Shown here: piece by piece, positions 13,301 to 28,300 of the stretch | How positions within the stretch are numbered: the stretch's first letter is position 1 | Layout: each line of letters starts with the position of its first letter | Source: Perna viridis | Lineage: Eukaryota | Direction of reading: 5' to 3' | Assembly: GCA_037379345.1 (NCBI GenBank) | Contig: CM074524.1 | Span: 16,860,750-16,924,749 of the forward strand | Length of the DNA stretch: 64,000 nt | Translations under genes and position numbers: made by a program | The notes under the pieces: generated by a model | Seen by the model: the letters and a program-made list of their open reading frames with translations, nothing else | Database searches by the model: none | Told to the model about the DNA's origin: nothing

Positions 13301-16300
13301 ATTTTAGGGTTGGCATAGTTAAACTTTCTATGTTTTTCCCTTGGGTTCTTTTGGGCAGTATGTTTGTGACTCGGTGTGTTAATTTTAAGGCTTTTACTTG
13401 TAAAAAAATGTTCCTTCGTTTGCACTGATGTGACTGCTTTTTCTTGATTGTACTAATACGTAAACAAGAGATTGTCACTTGCTCTAAACATTTACTGATA
13501 TAATTTGCACCAAATAATAAGAAAACGTTACAATAAGATGTAATTACAAATCTATAAGTACAGCAGAAAACGGATACTTCACCTAAATCGCAAAGACCAT
13601 TTGAGCTGCAGTTTTCTGGGCATAGCTGACTTCCTAGTAATTCTAAAACTGTCTTGTTCCCTTCATCTGTTCTGATAATTGATAGGGTTTCATTTTTCTT
13701 TACTTCTTCTAATGTCTGTGTTTGCATTGCACCAATAGTGTCTTGGACAAATAGTGTGTTTCCAGTTAGCTGAAACACAAAGATTGTGTTCGGTATGTCC
13801 AAAGTACAATTTGTTCAATTACAGGTACATGTTCCAGGAGCAAATTGAAAAAGGAAAACCCAGTAACGGGATAAGACATCGCGAATGCAAGGAAATTTTA
13901 AGAAACCGACTTAAAAAAAACAATGCGGCCGTCATTAAAACGCTTGTAACAATGCTAAAAGTTTGTTGATGATAATCGATTATCAGAAATAAAATACAAA
14001 GTCAAATCTATTATTGTCAGAGGTTCAGTGGACAGTAAACAACGGAAAAGATTTTATTAAAATGATTAAGCATCATAATTATTTTAAACAATTGGTGAAG
14101 AATTATTCAGATTTTGTCAACAATCCAATTGTAGATTATTCCTTCCTACACATTTGTATCGGAAATCTTTCAATGATATGATAAGCCTCATAGTGAATTC
14201 ATTTCATCTAAGAAAAGAGTCCATCAGAATGTTTGCATAATATAAATATTGCCAGATAAAAACATCATGTAGTGCACAAAGAGCTAATTTTAAGGATTCC
14301 CTGGGAGTTTCAGATAACTATTAAAGACATCTTGGGATTAAATGACTACAATGAATCACAATTTATCCCCCTATCTAAAGTTCATTCCAATCATTGTGAG
14401 TGGTCATCTGTATCTAGATTCACTTTTATGCCATAAGCTTAAACCTTATGCATGTATATTACTGACAAAATGCAAGACAACAATTAAAGGTCACCATCTG
14501 TTCTACTTCGCACTATAGAACCGTGCTTCATCGGCAAGGTCACATATAAGTATATAAAGATTTGAGGAACTTTTCTTTGGTAAGAAATGAACTCGAATTG
14601 ACAGCACTATACCTTGAAAACCATTTTACTTCTTGTGTCTTATCACTTAAATTGTAACTTCATATATCGAATTTATCTTTAGTTATCTTAAGGAAACAAA
14701 AATAGGTTATACCTCTATATCCTTTACACATGATTCCAGAAAAAAGGCGCTATCTTCTCCAACGACATCTGTGTAAAGCTTTGACATGCTGTCAAGACTT
14801 TGATTGCACGCTTCAATGGCCTTTTGTTCATCCCAACCATTTCTGTACGTGGCAGCCTACACACGAGTCAAAGGTTTAGAATCCATAAGCTAACTAGCAT
14901 GGATCAAAATACAGCATTACCATAAATACAAGAAAATGCTATGGTCGTTGCTAACCTTTTATTAATTGTTTGTTTAAAGACAAATAAATTGTTATAAAGA
15001 AATAGTTATAAAGTAAGATACAGAATAAAAACCAATTCATTGAAAAAATGTTTAAAATAAAATGATAACAAAATGGCATTCGTTAGAGAAATTGACCTTT
15101 CAACCAAGAAACATCGCCTCCCATAAAAAGCAACTGAAACCAGAACTTGTAATCAATATTTAAATTTTAATACATATCATTTATACTGGTTCATTAATAC
15201 TTGTAACAACCTTCTGACTCTTTCGACACCTTTTAATTACATTTTGTTTTAGTGAAAGGGCTAAAAACTAATAGATTTAGTTTTACCTTTTAGTATGAAC
15301 TAACCGTAATATTTGCGCTTTGGGCATCTCCGTCGTACCTCAGGGGTTCAAAGTCTATTACATCATCACTGTCATCATTATCAACACTCCTTCGATATAT
15401 ATCGTGTGAAGAGAAAACAGAAACAGACCGCTTCCGCCTTGTTGGAATAGGACAATCCGTTATGAAGTAGTTAGATGTTTCACAAAACAATCCTGTATTA
15501 TTACAATCCACATTGGAAGCTTGTTCAAAATCATTTGAGTTTTGTGTGTTTTCTGGGTTATGCCCTGTTGCACAAATACAGTACGAATTTATATAGTCTT
15601 GACGACTTGAACGGTAACTATTTAGAAATTGTGGAAATTCAGCAGCGAATAAAGATTCTGAACTGGTGCTGTTTACCCTTGAACAACAAAATTACATTTT
15701 TTTTTAAATTACAGAAATTCAAAAAAAAACAAAAAAACAATGGGATAACATTTTCCGATTTTTTATTTCTAATTCTACTGACGGTATTGTACTCAAGTCA
15801 TACCAACAGATAACTACACTTGGGGAAGGCGAATGGTCGTTACTAAAAGGTCGACCAGCCAGATTTTGCAACCGCTGCTGTCGGGCAGTTTGCATGGCAT
15901 CATTTTAATCCATTTGTCTGCATGTGTCTGTGAGATTAAAACTTGATATTTACATTATCGTCGCCAATTGCGGTAATACATTGTAACACACGAGAGAACT
16001 TATTATTACACTTACCAACTGTATCAGTTCGGAGGTTTGTTTAGAAAAGCAAATGACGCTTACCCTACCGATGCACCTGGTCCATCCATGTTCCCAGTTT
16101 TTTGTGGAGTCTGAGTTGCTCTTTTTCTTTTGTTGTTTTGTACGTATTATTTTGGGTATTTTTTTTCTTTATTGTGTTTGTTTTGCATGTCTGGTCTTTG
16201 TCCCTGGATTACATTTTGAATTTCGGTAGAACATTAATTCCCTTGATCACTCTGTATATTTGATTTGTTGTGTCATAGGCTACATGACAATCCAAAGTAC

Positions 16301-19300
16301 ATATCCCTTTAAAACTCGAGTGCATCCCTTGATTTAGCTAATGAAAACAAATAAAGCTAACCTCCATGAATTCCCGAACTCTTGGTCATCAGTTGTTAAA
16401 GTGCCAGACCGAAGTTTATAGTCGTCTGCAGCGCTTTGAGGATCACTTAATGTGCCACATAAACCTTCCGTTTTGTTTAAGTCGTGAAGTGAGGGTATGA
16501 TGTTTATACGACTTATAAACCCAGGATTCCATGTGTTAGGATGAAAAACAATCTTTGCACCGGTTGGAAGTACTATCTTTATGCATAAATTTGATTTATT
16601 TAAACAATTGTTATAGAAGTCATTAATACATTTTACTAGCATTTTCCATTTCTTTTGAAAGCCTCCTTCTCTGTATGTCACAGGAATAACTTTCCTTAAA
16701 CGTGCATTAATATTGTCGTAAAACATTGAATTTAAAAAAAAACTTTTGTCAATTTTATGCACAACAAATAAGTCGAGAGAAATGTCTAATATTTAAATTG
16801 TGTTTAAAGCAAACTTATTGTATATGCAAAACATTGGCATGACTTGGATTTAATTGGATTTAAATATAACAAACTTTACCGTGTAAACATTGTGATGAAC
16901 ATTTACAGACATATCATTTTCATCACAGTTGAGCCATTTAATATATGGTTGAGCAAGCAATTTCTTGTCCGTTCTTGAGACTTCTTCACATAATCGGAAC
17001 ACGAACACTGATAGTCCACTTCTTACGGCGACACCACAATTACACGAGGATCCTTCCCATCCATATCCACAATTTGTGAAAAGTGCATGAACCTGCAATA
17101 CACGAATCTCATAACAAATTGTTTTTCGTGAAAAATCATTTGGTAAAGCACATGCCAAATTTGAAAAAAAGCCCTTCCTGAATATAATTTACAAATATAG
17201 AAAGTATGAAAAAAATAGAAGTATGAATATACAATTGTGACGCAGAATTTTTCACTTCTGGTTCCGATAACTAGTAATAAAGATGAAATTGTAAAAGAAA
17301 AATAACATCAAAAAGACATTTGTTTTCATGATCTATATATCAGTATAATGTTTTTGAATACTTGGTTATTAAAACCGAATTATCAAATTATATTTGAACG
17401 CCTTTAATTGCACTACTACACAGACAGTCACATACCATAATAACAATATCAAATATTTACCCAAAAAGGTCCTATTTCGTTTTTATACAAAACAAATTCC
17501 CCTATCTCCATATAATGATAATAACTGCCGTCAAATGTAGATATGTGAGGATCGTTTACTGATTGGCATTGTCTCCCTTTAAGAACGCTCTCCTTGTCGA
17601 CAACAGTTATCTGAAACATTTCCTGTATTGTAATGACTTGCCTAACTAATTAAAATCAAATAAGCAGAATTAAATGAAACCATCAGAATGAGGACTGTAA
17701 TAAAGTTTTCAGCCATGTTTGAAGTTCCATTAGATATCTGATCATTGTTTACAGGACCCCCATATTCATAGTAGTTATCTTTAAGCAACTTAAATGATTA
17801 TATAATTTCGTCTTACATGAAACATTTACTATTATTTAATAGAAAAGTCAGAACACACAAAACTGAATAGAGTAACAAATGTAGATAATCTCCTCTATCA
17901 AAACAGTGAGAAAATCTTATATGATAAGTTTTATCTCGATCTCAGTCATAACTAAACTATACGACAAACACAAAGGCTTCAAATTTAACATTGCCAATTT
18001 TCCTTTTATCTGTGGCAACATTCCTTTAGCCTCTTGATAATGGTACCAAGACGCTACATGGAATTTTATATTATACTGTACCTGTTACAAATAAACTACT
18101 TACTCAGAGTTCTTAAGCAAAACGACAAGAGCTATCACTCGGTGTGTCAATTAACAAGTCTGGAGAAATTATTTGTGCGTAATGTCTGCTTTATATCTTG
18201 CATTTTCATCGAGCAACTCGGCTTTTGTTTCAAGATAAGCAAAAGTGTTCACACTTTCACTGAATTTGGTCAAACGTATTTATATTAATGGAGTCTGAGT
18301 TTATGATGTTTAACTAATAAGAGTAATAAATGTAGCAAACCTTGATATCCGGTAGTGTTACATTTGTCCATGGATCAAAGATTCCAACATTTACGATAGA
18401 AGAAAGTCGAATGAATGAAACCCTGTCTCTGAAGTTGTACCTTCCATCACTATATCCACGAACGTCTATCGAAACAGGTGTGTTCCAATTTTTACTGTCT
18501 ATAACAATACCGCAAGATTTAACATTACCTCGACTAAAGGCTAAAGTTTGCGGATTGATGTTATTGTTTCCTAGGCACATTTGTTGATCATTTGTTGAAT
18601 ACAAATAAAACTTTATAATACAGTGAGCGGTACCATCACACCCAATAGGAACTGTTGGCGTAAATGGAATGGACACCACATTTCCTTCTTCAACCTGATA
18701 TTCATACGCACTAGGCTGAAGTAGAAAATATGTTCTTGAATTGAAACAAATTTCCCTTTCTTTTCACAGTCTATATTTTATGAATTTAGATGAACAATTA
18801 ATGGATTGGCCTAAAGAACAATGCATTATAAAATTGGTTGAACTTTCAAATGACAATGAAAAAACAATAACCTGGTACCCAAACATACTAGCAAACAGAG
18901 CTTCTATTGACGGGTGTCCATTTGGGTACATTGTACAATCGTTAAAATACTAATAGAAGCCCAACAACAGTAAAGTACGCTCGTGACTGATTTAGCCTTT
19001 TTATGTTTATAAATGGTGACCATACGTCCATTGATGAAATGTTTAGAAAAGATGACTGCACTAAAAGTGTTAGCGAACCCCCTGTCCTATCTCAAATGTT
19101 GAAATGAGAGTAACATTGCATTCTAAGTGTCTTAGAAAAATCTGACAATTAGAAGGAAAAAATCATAGATTGTTTCAGAAAGAGAATGAAACCTAAAGTG
19201 TGATTTGGCTAAAACAACAGATAAAGAAGGGAAATGTCGAACATGTGTGATAGGTTAGGTTACGCGGACAAACGAAGACGTTTTTTCTGGGTACACGCGA

Positions 19301-22300
19301 AAGCATACACGCAGATATCAATTGGCCGGAATTGACGCACAATCAAACAGCAGAAATAACTATCCCGAAGTTCGGTTATATTTCACACACAAAACCTTAT
19401 TGGAATGCCATTGTCAAAGTAGCCCACAATAAAGAACGAGCTATGTGTCGTCTGTAGCTAGCAGGTGGTAGCCTCAGAGCAAATGTGTACTAAGAAAGTG
19501 ATTACAATAGAGTCATCTGATAGTAGTTGCAGACTCACAGTTGGATGATTTCATAGCGAGATGCATGAAGCTGTACAACACAACAAAGAAAATTTACCAG
19601 CTGGAAATAATTAGAGCTGGATATAATGCGTGGAAAATTGGTCTTCTGTCCTGTTATAAAAGGGAAATGATAAGGACAAAACATCCCCTGACAGTTACCC
19701 ACCTATAAGCATTTAATCCTGCATTCTGAAAATTTTCGAGCAAGTCGTAAAATCGAGTATTCTTACTGTTATAGACTATGATGTTAAATTTCCGAATTCC
19801 CAGCAGCAGAGGTTTCAAAGGTATTTCTGCTGCCTCACTGCCTCATTCAATTTACAAGAAACAATTTTTCACAATATACAGATGTCTAATAGAATTTCCG
19901 TTGCGTTTTTTTTTAGAAAGGCCTTTCACATGGATTGGCGAAAAGGTCTTATATTTGAAATAAATAGACTAGGAGTAAAATGTAAATTGTGGAAAATTAT
20001 TGATGATTGCCATACTACTACTGTAAGTTCTATTGTTGTAAATCAATGCCAGTCAAACTTTTGTCAAGTTAATAAAGATGTTGCATATAGACAATGGGAA
20101 GTTTTGTTGGGTCTTTTATATTTAGTTTTTGTCAATGATTTAATGCAACAGCTATAACAAAAAATATCTGGTATAAATATTATGAATGTAGTCAGCTGTG
20201 CTCCCGCCTTGGCGGACGATATCTCATGTATTGGTACTCCCCTGTGTCCCTTCAGTGTCTGCTTGACGTATGTGAATGTTATGAACGTACCTGGAGGTTT
20301 CAATTTAATGCAAGAAAGTCATGTGTTCTACAGTTTTTTTCCGAACATGAGAGACCAACCCCTTCCTTTTGATTGGAATATATGCCGTGAACATGTTCCA
20401 CAAGCTCGCGGATATACACACGAACTCGAGTGAAAGAACAAATAATTCGTGTCGAAAAAGTAGAAATTGGCGGAATAATGTTGAAAATTACAAACCCAAA
20501 AGTGCTTATTGACTTATACAAATCTATTGTCCTTCCGTCTACTCTATATGGGTGTGAAGTATGGAACAATTTGAAAACAAACGAGATAGCATCTTTAAAG
20601 CGTTTGAAACACTGTATTATCAAACGTGTTTTGAAAGTGAAAACATCAACCCAATCAACATATACGAGAGCATGATGTGCTTACATCCTATAGGTAGTCA
20701 AATAGACAAAAGAAAACTGTTGTTTGTTGGACATTAGCTAAAAATCCAAACAGATATTCTTGACTAGACTATTTTCCTTCTTGGTGGATGGAAATCATAA
20801 ACACTATGACCTTATTCTTGATGTATGCAACATTATCTACAAACAAGTCTACGGGGAATTTCCCCTCAAATTAGCTAACAAAAACAGTAAACGACAACAT
20901 TTCAAGTGTTCAAAATAAATCATGGAAGACTAGAATTGACAGTGATTCCAAATTCAAAAAGTTTCGCAACATACATAAAGCTGTGTCATTTTACAATTAT
21001 TGGAGAAATTCAAAAACTTATATTGAAGTCAGAACCTCATTCATCATTACCAAACTTCTTATGGAAATACCAGATAATAAGGTTAAACTGTGTAAAGTAT
21101 GTGGTAATCAATTCGCGGATATATAGGTTCACGCGTGTTGCTCCTGCACATGCGTATATCCATTACGTGATTTGTTATGGAATGTCATGACCGGAAACTT
21201 TGAGTTTGAATTGTTTCTACAACTGCATTCGTATAACGACGATTCATTTTTTTCATACTCTTTTAGGAAAGCTTCCTGAAACTAATATGGATGATGGCGA
21301 TTTACTTAACTTCAGAAGTCTTAGCCATACTCATGTGATTCAATCCTTAACGTTGTCAGTAGGTACACTCGGGGACAAATTGATTCATGAAATAGTGTGC
21401 GTCAAATCTCCCCCATATCTTCTGACATTATGTATATAGTGATTCCTTAATGTAACTGTATTTTGATATCATGATTTTTGTTTATTATTGTCATGTATTT
21501 ATATGTTAAGTATTTAGTATTATGCATTATGTATTATATATTCATAATCTCATTTAATGAGAAAATAAAGAAATGAATGAATGAATGAAATATACGATCA
21601 GTTCAATTTGATCGGCCTCGTAAATATTGTTATTCGGTGGGAAAAAAATAACCGAAAACTACAAACAAGTTTACTTTTTATTGCTGTGTAAACCTAATAA
21701 CAATCTAAACATAACATAACCATGACAACGCAGGTCAATAATCATATCACCATTAAAAAAATAGTGGACCTGGCATTTGCACTTGACAATAAAAAAGTGC
21801 ATTGTATATATGTAAGCTATATAGTCCAAAGCTACAATATTATCATTTCTCCCTCAATAGATCTCGAATAGGAACAGTGTGAAATGTATGATTTCGATAC
21901 AAGGTTTGTTACACTTACTGTCCAAAATGTCCAAAATGTTAGGCTTTTTAAGTTAACAACACTCGTATACTGAAATTTAAAAAAAAAATATCTTCTGAAG
22001 CGCTTGTGGATGCATTGTTTACTTATGCATGTACAGTAGATTTGCATTTAAGAACTGCCAAATTTAGTACCTAAAAAATCCACCAGTTTTCAGCTCAGAT
22101 ATCTGACATCCCCAGCCAAAAGTGAGAGACCAAAAACTGAGGATGGTGTGCAATACAGTATGAGAAATTAAAATTTTCCAATTATTTATTGAAAGTTTTT
22201 AACACAGGTTTTATGCTAGATACCACAATTTGAGGCTAGTTGCATAAAAAACACAGAAATCTATATGAACTTAAACCGAATTCTTAACGATTACTTTAGA

Positions 22301-25300
22301 TCGAATTTTTTCAAAACGTTTGTGCAAGTAAGAGGTGCTAGGTAAACTTTGTTAAACATGTATGTAGATTAGACAAAAATGACCTTTTAAAATATTTTAA
22401 TCAATGGTAAATCAAAAACCACAAAAGTCTAATTTTGTTCATGGAGTGCACCTCGTAACTTTATTAACTAATTGATAAAGCAATCATAAACATATATGTA
22501 TATACCGACAGATAGCATAAGCCAGTACCTATGTATTGTATTAAAATATTTTAGAAATATACCAACAACAAACATTTTACCATAGAAATCATGCTAAGTA
22601 TATGTTTGTAAATATGAGTGGCATTTGATAAGCATTAATTATTGAATATTAGTATATGAAAAAATTTCAAATTGCATTTTAAAGTCCTTCAAAATATTCC
22701 CGTAATACATCTAAACACTTTTTAGTCTAACAATTAACAATCCATTTTTCAAACGCTGTTTTATTATCACTTTGTGGTATATTGTTCATAAACTGAAAAA
22801 CAGCACACCCAACTGCTGACCGGCTTTCAAATCTCCTCCTTCGAAAACGTTCCTTGTTGAACTTATTAAGCCAAAAGTCACATGATGCTTGATCTGGGCT
22901 GCATGTAGGATATGGCAAAGTTTTAAAACTGTGCACTTCAAGATATTCTGTAACCATGGTAAACTTGTGCGCGGGTTCCTTGTCATGAAGTTACTGGTAC
23001 CACGGGTACCGGTGCGTGGACTGGCAGCTTTGTAGTGTTTAACCACTTCCGGCAGAATTTTTGTAGCATAAAAGTTTCCTGTAACAGTTGAGCCTTTCAG
23101 GAGAGGATTTTTAGCAACAGCTCTCTTGGCATAAATTAAAAACGGCATACGTTACTCTCTCAATGTCTCAGTTATTCTCGCAATTTGTCGTTCAACAGTT
23201 TTATCTCCTGTTACAATTTCATTAAGTCATACTGTTCATCTTTTTTCTAAAAAGTTGTTTTGGCACAATTAATCCGGTTCTGTTTTTGTTCATAGGTAGG
23301 TAGATGGGGTACCCACCTGGCACAAACCTTGGGTAACGTCAGCTTTTGTATTAAAATTGTAAAAGTTGCTGACGAATTTATCCCTGAATATGAGGCTAAC
23401 TTTTCAATCGTATATCTTGCATCTTGAGCTATTAGTTCTCTCAAAGGATCTATATCTTTTTCACTAAAAGCCGAAATTGGCAGTTTCCTGTCATCCTGTA
23501 CGGCATCTGACCCTACTTAAAATCCATGTGACGGACATGGAACTGTTTGATAAGACAAGGCAGATGTGCCGTAAAATTTATCCAAATTATTTTTTTCTTC
23601 GCAGGACGAACTTCCTAACACCGACCGAATTAATCAATATGCCCTTTTGTTCATGCGTAAAATCATTCTCTTATTCAGCTTTATTTATTCCATGGTTTAA
23701 TACCATCGAATGCAAATTGCTCAGTTGTCAGAGTTGAGCATGAAAAGTCAGTGAACGCATAAGAATAATAAAAGAAAAAATAGAGGCATTCATAGATATA
23801 GTTCTGTGAATAATGTTCATTAATAAAAATACGCGAGGTCAATGTTCAGAACTTTAAATACTTTCAATAAAAATATTTCTTTCATCGTAAACCCCTATTC
23901 TATTTAGGCATCGACGAATAGAATTTAAGTTAATTTATCATGCATGCATTTCAATTATTTAATTTACCAGAAAAATATATTAAAATACTTTTATATGACC
24001 CATTTTATAAGAAAATACTTTCATAAATCTACCATAAAATGTTCATTGTAATGAATTTAAAACTATCAGGTCTCGTGTAAATTGGCACCCGTAGCAAAAA
24101 AAGACCGGAACTATAAAAAAAAAAAAAAAAACTGTGACGTGCTAGCTTTTGAATTGTATTGCTTAAATGCTTAAAATTATCCGTTTCCCGTAAAACAAAA
24201 TTATCAAATCGTTTTAGAAATTAAGTTTGTTAAAAGAGTGCCTTCCATAATAAAATACAATGCAGTCAGTGGTTGAAATATCAGGCAAAGGCTATAAGGT
24301 TCTGTTGTGTTTTTTGTTGTCGTTTGAAACTTACATGAAGCAATATTAGTATCAGAAGTATTTGAACAGCTTTCATCATGTATTCGTCTGGCGTTTTGGC
24401 ATGTATGGAATAATAATGCAAATGATCCAGAGAAAGCGCAAGGGTTGTACACAAAGGCACATTATAATTAATACTGATGCTGTATATTTACTTACAAATA
24501 GTCCTGCTTTAAAAATAGAGCTGTAATGGTGTGGACTCGGAATACCATTATACGTTTCTTTAACTCTAACCGAACAAGTCACCTTTTGAAATAAAATGAC
24601 AATACTGGAACACAATTTGTAAGAATTGACGTTAACAGTATTCAAAGGAGCAAAAGTAAATATCCCTACTTGTTACAATAGCATTCGTGTCAACACGTTT
24701 AGAAAAAAATAACACATGAAACATGATGTCCTTATGTTGCACGCAAGTTCAGAAATCCCCTTCCAAAAAACAATATATTGTAACATGTTAAGGGTAAGGC
24801 TTTTTGACTTGATGTAAAGGTTCGGTAACCTATGTTTCTACTCAGGCACTATCTTTTCTAGTTTTGTTTATAGCTTGAGTGGAACACTAATGTGAATGCC
24901 GTAGACACTCACAATTACATCATTATGTATTGTGCATGCCATTGTTTGCTATTATGTATTTTAGGAAAGTTCGTAAGTACAAGTTCGTCCTGTCACCCGT
25001 AATCAGGTCCCCTCTTTAGTTTGCCCCTCCCATTCTAGTCCTGTTTCTCACTCGTCATTTCATGTGTACGGGATATATTGTTACCCCAGAATAAGTTCCG
25101 TTCAGTCCATTTCCTTTTATTGTATCATGTACCGGTTAAATCACTGGGCGCCGCCATCTTCCGGTATTTTCCCTATTATCGTTTTTACGCATGTGCGGCG
25201 TCTGTTACCATGACTGGGGGCACTCAACCAATAGTTCCAAGGGTCCCCAAGGGAGTACAACACCCCCAACATCGTCTGCTTCTGGGGGAATGTGACCCGT

Positions 25301-28300
25301 TACCAGGGCTAGATAACTGAATAACCCTTTATAAGTGACCAGAGCGCTCCAGCACAGTTTTCCAATACCAACGAATTATTTCCCTGTGTACGTACCCCAT
25401 ACATACATATATATATACGATCTTAGTTTACGACCTGTTGACCTGACTCAGTTCCCACGAAAATAATCATCCCGTTCCGCTATAGTAGTCATGTTTGCTA
25501 TTTATAAACAAACCAAATAATGGGTCCCCTGATTATTCTCTAGCGCTCTGGTGGGCTTTTTATAACATATAATTGTCATTGTTAGTTATATTTATGCTGT
25601 TTGTCAATAGGCATAATGAATAGTGTATTAATTTGAATGGATAATGTTCTTTATGAAACATGATAGTTGGAATCAATGCCTTACCGTTTAGCTACCTTGG
25701 AGTATATTGCCATGCTACCAGTGCATTTATAGTATAAAGTAAATTCTTTGTAGTTACAAAGACCATAGCCCTAACACATTAACACCGTGACATAAACAAC
25801 CCCCCATCCAACTTTACAATATATATATCCTACCCGATACCATCAGACATTGTCCTGTTCGGTTACATTATCTGCTCATGTTAGAGCTCTGAATTAACTT
25901 ACGAGGAAGTATCACTCAGTTAACGAATGCTATATTTTAATTTAGCCTAGTTGGCCGAGTATGTCAGAGAATAGAAGGGGTTTGAATCCCCTTGAGGGAG
26001 TGACCAAATTTTTATCGAACATTTGCAATCTTGCATCGATTCCAGAGTTGGGGTGTAGCTTAGACTTGATCAAGTATCTATTGACATGTATCATTAATTT
26101 GATCCTGTAAATGAGCTGTCCCATACGTCCATACATCATGTACTAAGTTACCCTAAATTTTTCACAAGAGAAGAAATGACCCTGCGAGCGAAAGCTATAT
26201 TTTTATATAGCCGAGAGGTCTAGGGCGCTGGACTTTTGCGCAGGCGATTTTGCCATAGATGTCACAGCGATACGAGCCCGAGTACCGCGGAGGGAACGAC
26301 CAAAATTGTTCTTGTTTTTTTTTTATTTTTTAAGATACAATTATCTAAAACCACAGGTGCCAATCTTTTGAAATTCGCTAGATCTGATTACCTCATTAAT
26401 TGATTTTTACAAAAAAAATGTGACTAATGAGACTCAGTAGGTAGCAAAAACAATGTAAGTATAGGGTCCTCTTTAAATGATAAACTTTTTGTTTTGGTCA
26501 AATGGATAATTATAGATGGTACGACTACATGATCTCAACTTCTCCAGATGAGCGATTCAAGTACACAACTGTGTATATTAAAACAATTTTTAACGAATAA
26601 AATCATATAATATATGGTCATCCTACCTCCATGTTCATCGTGAAGTTAGGTCTCCAGTGGGTTTGTAGTAAATCTGTATCCAACATCTCAATCTTATTTT
26701 TGTTTTTTATGTCAGTAACATAATATCCATTAACATTCCAGAAAACATCATAGTAAAATATCTCACTTGCATCAAATTTACATCGGAATACCGTGAGGTT
26801 CGCAAAGAATTTACTATCTCCAAATTCCGCATATTTAAGATGAGCGGAAACGGATGGTGTTATTGTCACGTTTGGATAAGAATCTGAAAATTTAGAGGGG
26901 AAAATGTGCTTGTTAATACAGACATTTTCATACTTGAATATAAGCATTTTAATTTGTTTATTAAGAGAAACGTAATCAATCTCCATTTAAAACCTGGCTC
27001 ACGACGCTTACTTCCTATACATTAAAAAAAGTTACAAGCACCCGAACTGATACATTTACATGTTTATAATAATCAAAAATCAAAAATTTTATTTTGCAAC
27101 ATATTGCTATTGCAGTATAATAGTACATTTTGCCTACCTACACATCCTGGATAATATCCTGTTTCTGAAGATAGACCGTCTTCACATTTAACACGATCGT
27201 TTCCTTCAATACAGTTAAGTATTCAAATATTCACCCACAATGTTATGTGCTATTTAATATTCAAAAACAGAACAAAAAAACAAAACAAAATTGAGTTTTC
27301 CTCATATTATTATTTACATGACCTTCACCGGGCAGCACATTGGGTGGCATGGAAGTAAATGTTTGCTCATTCTTCGATCTTCTAAGAAATCACCCGTGTT
27401 TTGTTGGTGTGTGTGATGCTTGTTTATTATCAGTGTATTGAATGTTTTTTTTTTTTTTGTTTTTTTGTTTTTTTTTTTTGTCATTCATGTAGTGTGTCCT
27501 TGTCATTTTTGGGGTTCTCAAACGTGTTTTCGCGTGGCTTTTTCATCTTTGTTATCCAATATTTGCATTTTGCTTCTCTTTATTTGTTCCTTGCAATATT
27601 AAAATACTTTTGACAAAACGAAATGAAATACAATGTTCGCGCCTGCAATAATTAAAATGTAAATAATACAACATACAAGCCATCTCAGTTAAACAAACAC
27701 ATGCATTTTAATGTTAAATCTTCATTTCTACATTGCCTCCTACTGAACATATTCATAACTTTCACTAATATTCAATCCCTGCATTTAATTGTCAAGACAC
27801 ATTCATTGATATCAGACACGGACCTTGATATCATAATAATCATTATTTTGAACATCATTTCAGTCATTTACATTAAATATCATTTCTGAGATTGCATTAC
27901 TTACCGAAACAGTAAGATGAATTTGGCATCGTGGGTGTTAGTTGGTAAAGATAAACACCATTTTGGCACTTCAGAATAGAAATATTCCATGAATGTTCAC
28001 AAATATCATTGATTGTTTGCATACAAACGGGAAAAGTTGACAACCCATTTTCAGGCAGAGTACCTGTGAAGAAGAAAGTAACTACATATATTTAAACAAA
28101 GGTTTTAACGTCTAAATTGTAATATCCACGAGATTGTCGGAACCACTGTACTCTTTTGTTTTAAATGCTTAAATATTGTTAGAAACGAAATGTTCTTAAT
28201 TCAGAATAAAATTTCATAGAATTGGTGATTTCAATACTGTTTAAAGTACCATGTTTGGTAGAACTTGAATAGAAATATAGCATATATATTTACTCTTATT

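Noticed and set aside
21590-24110. Terminal inverted repeats for the mariner element
   Set aside because: Candidate ends near 21593 and 24093 do not match each other convincingly.
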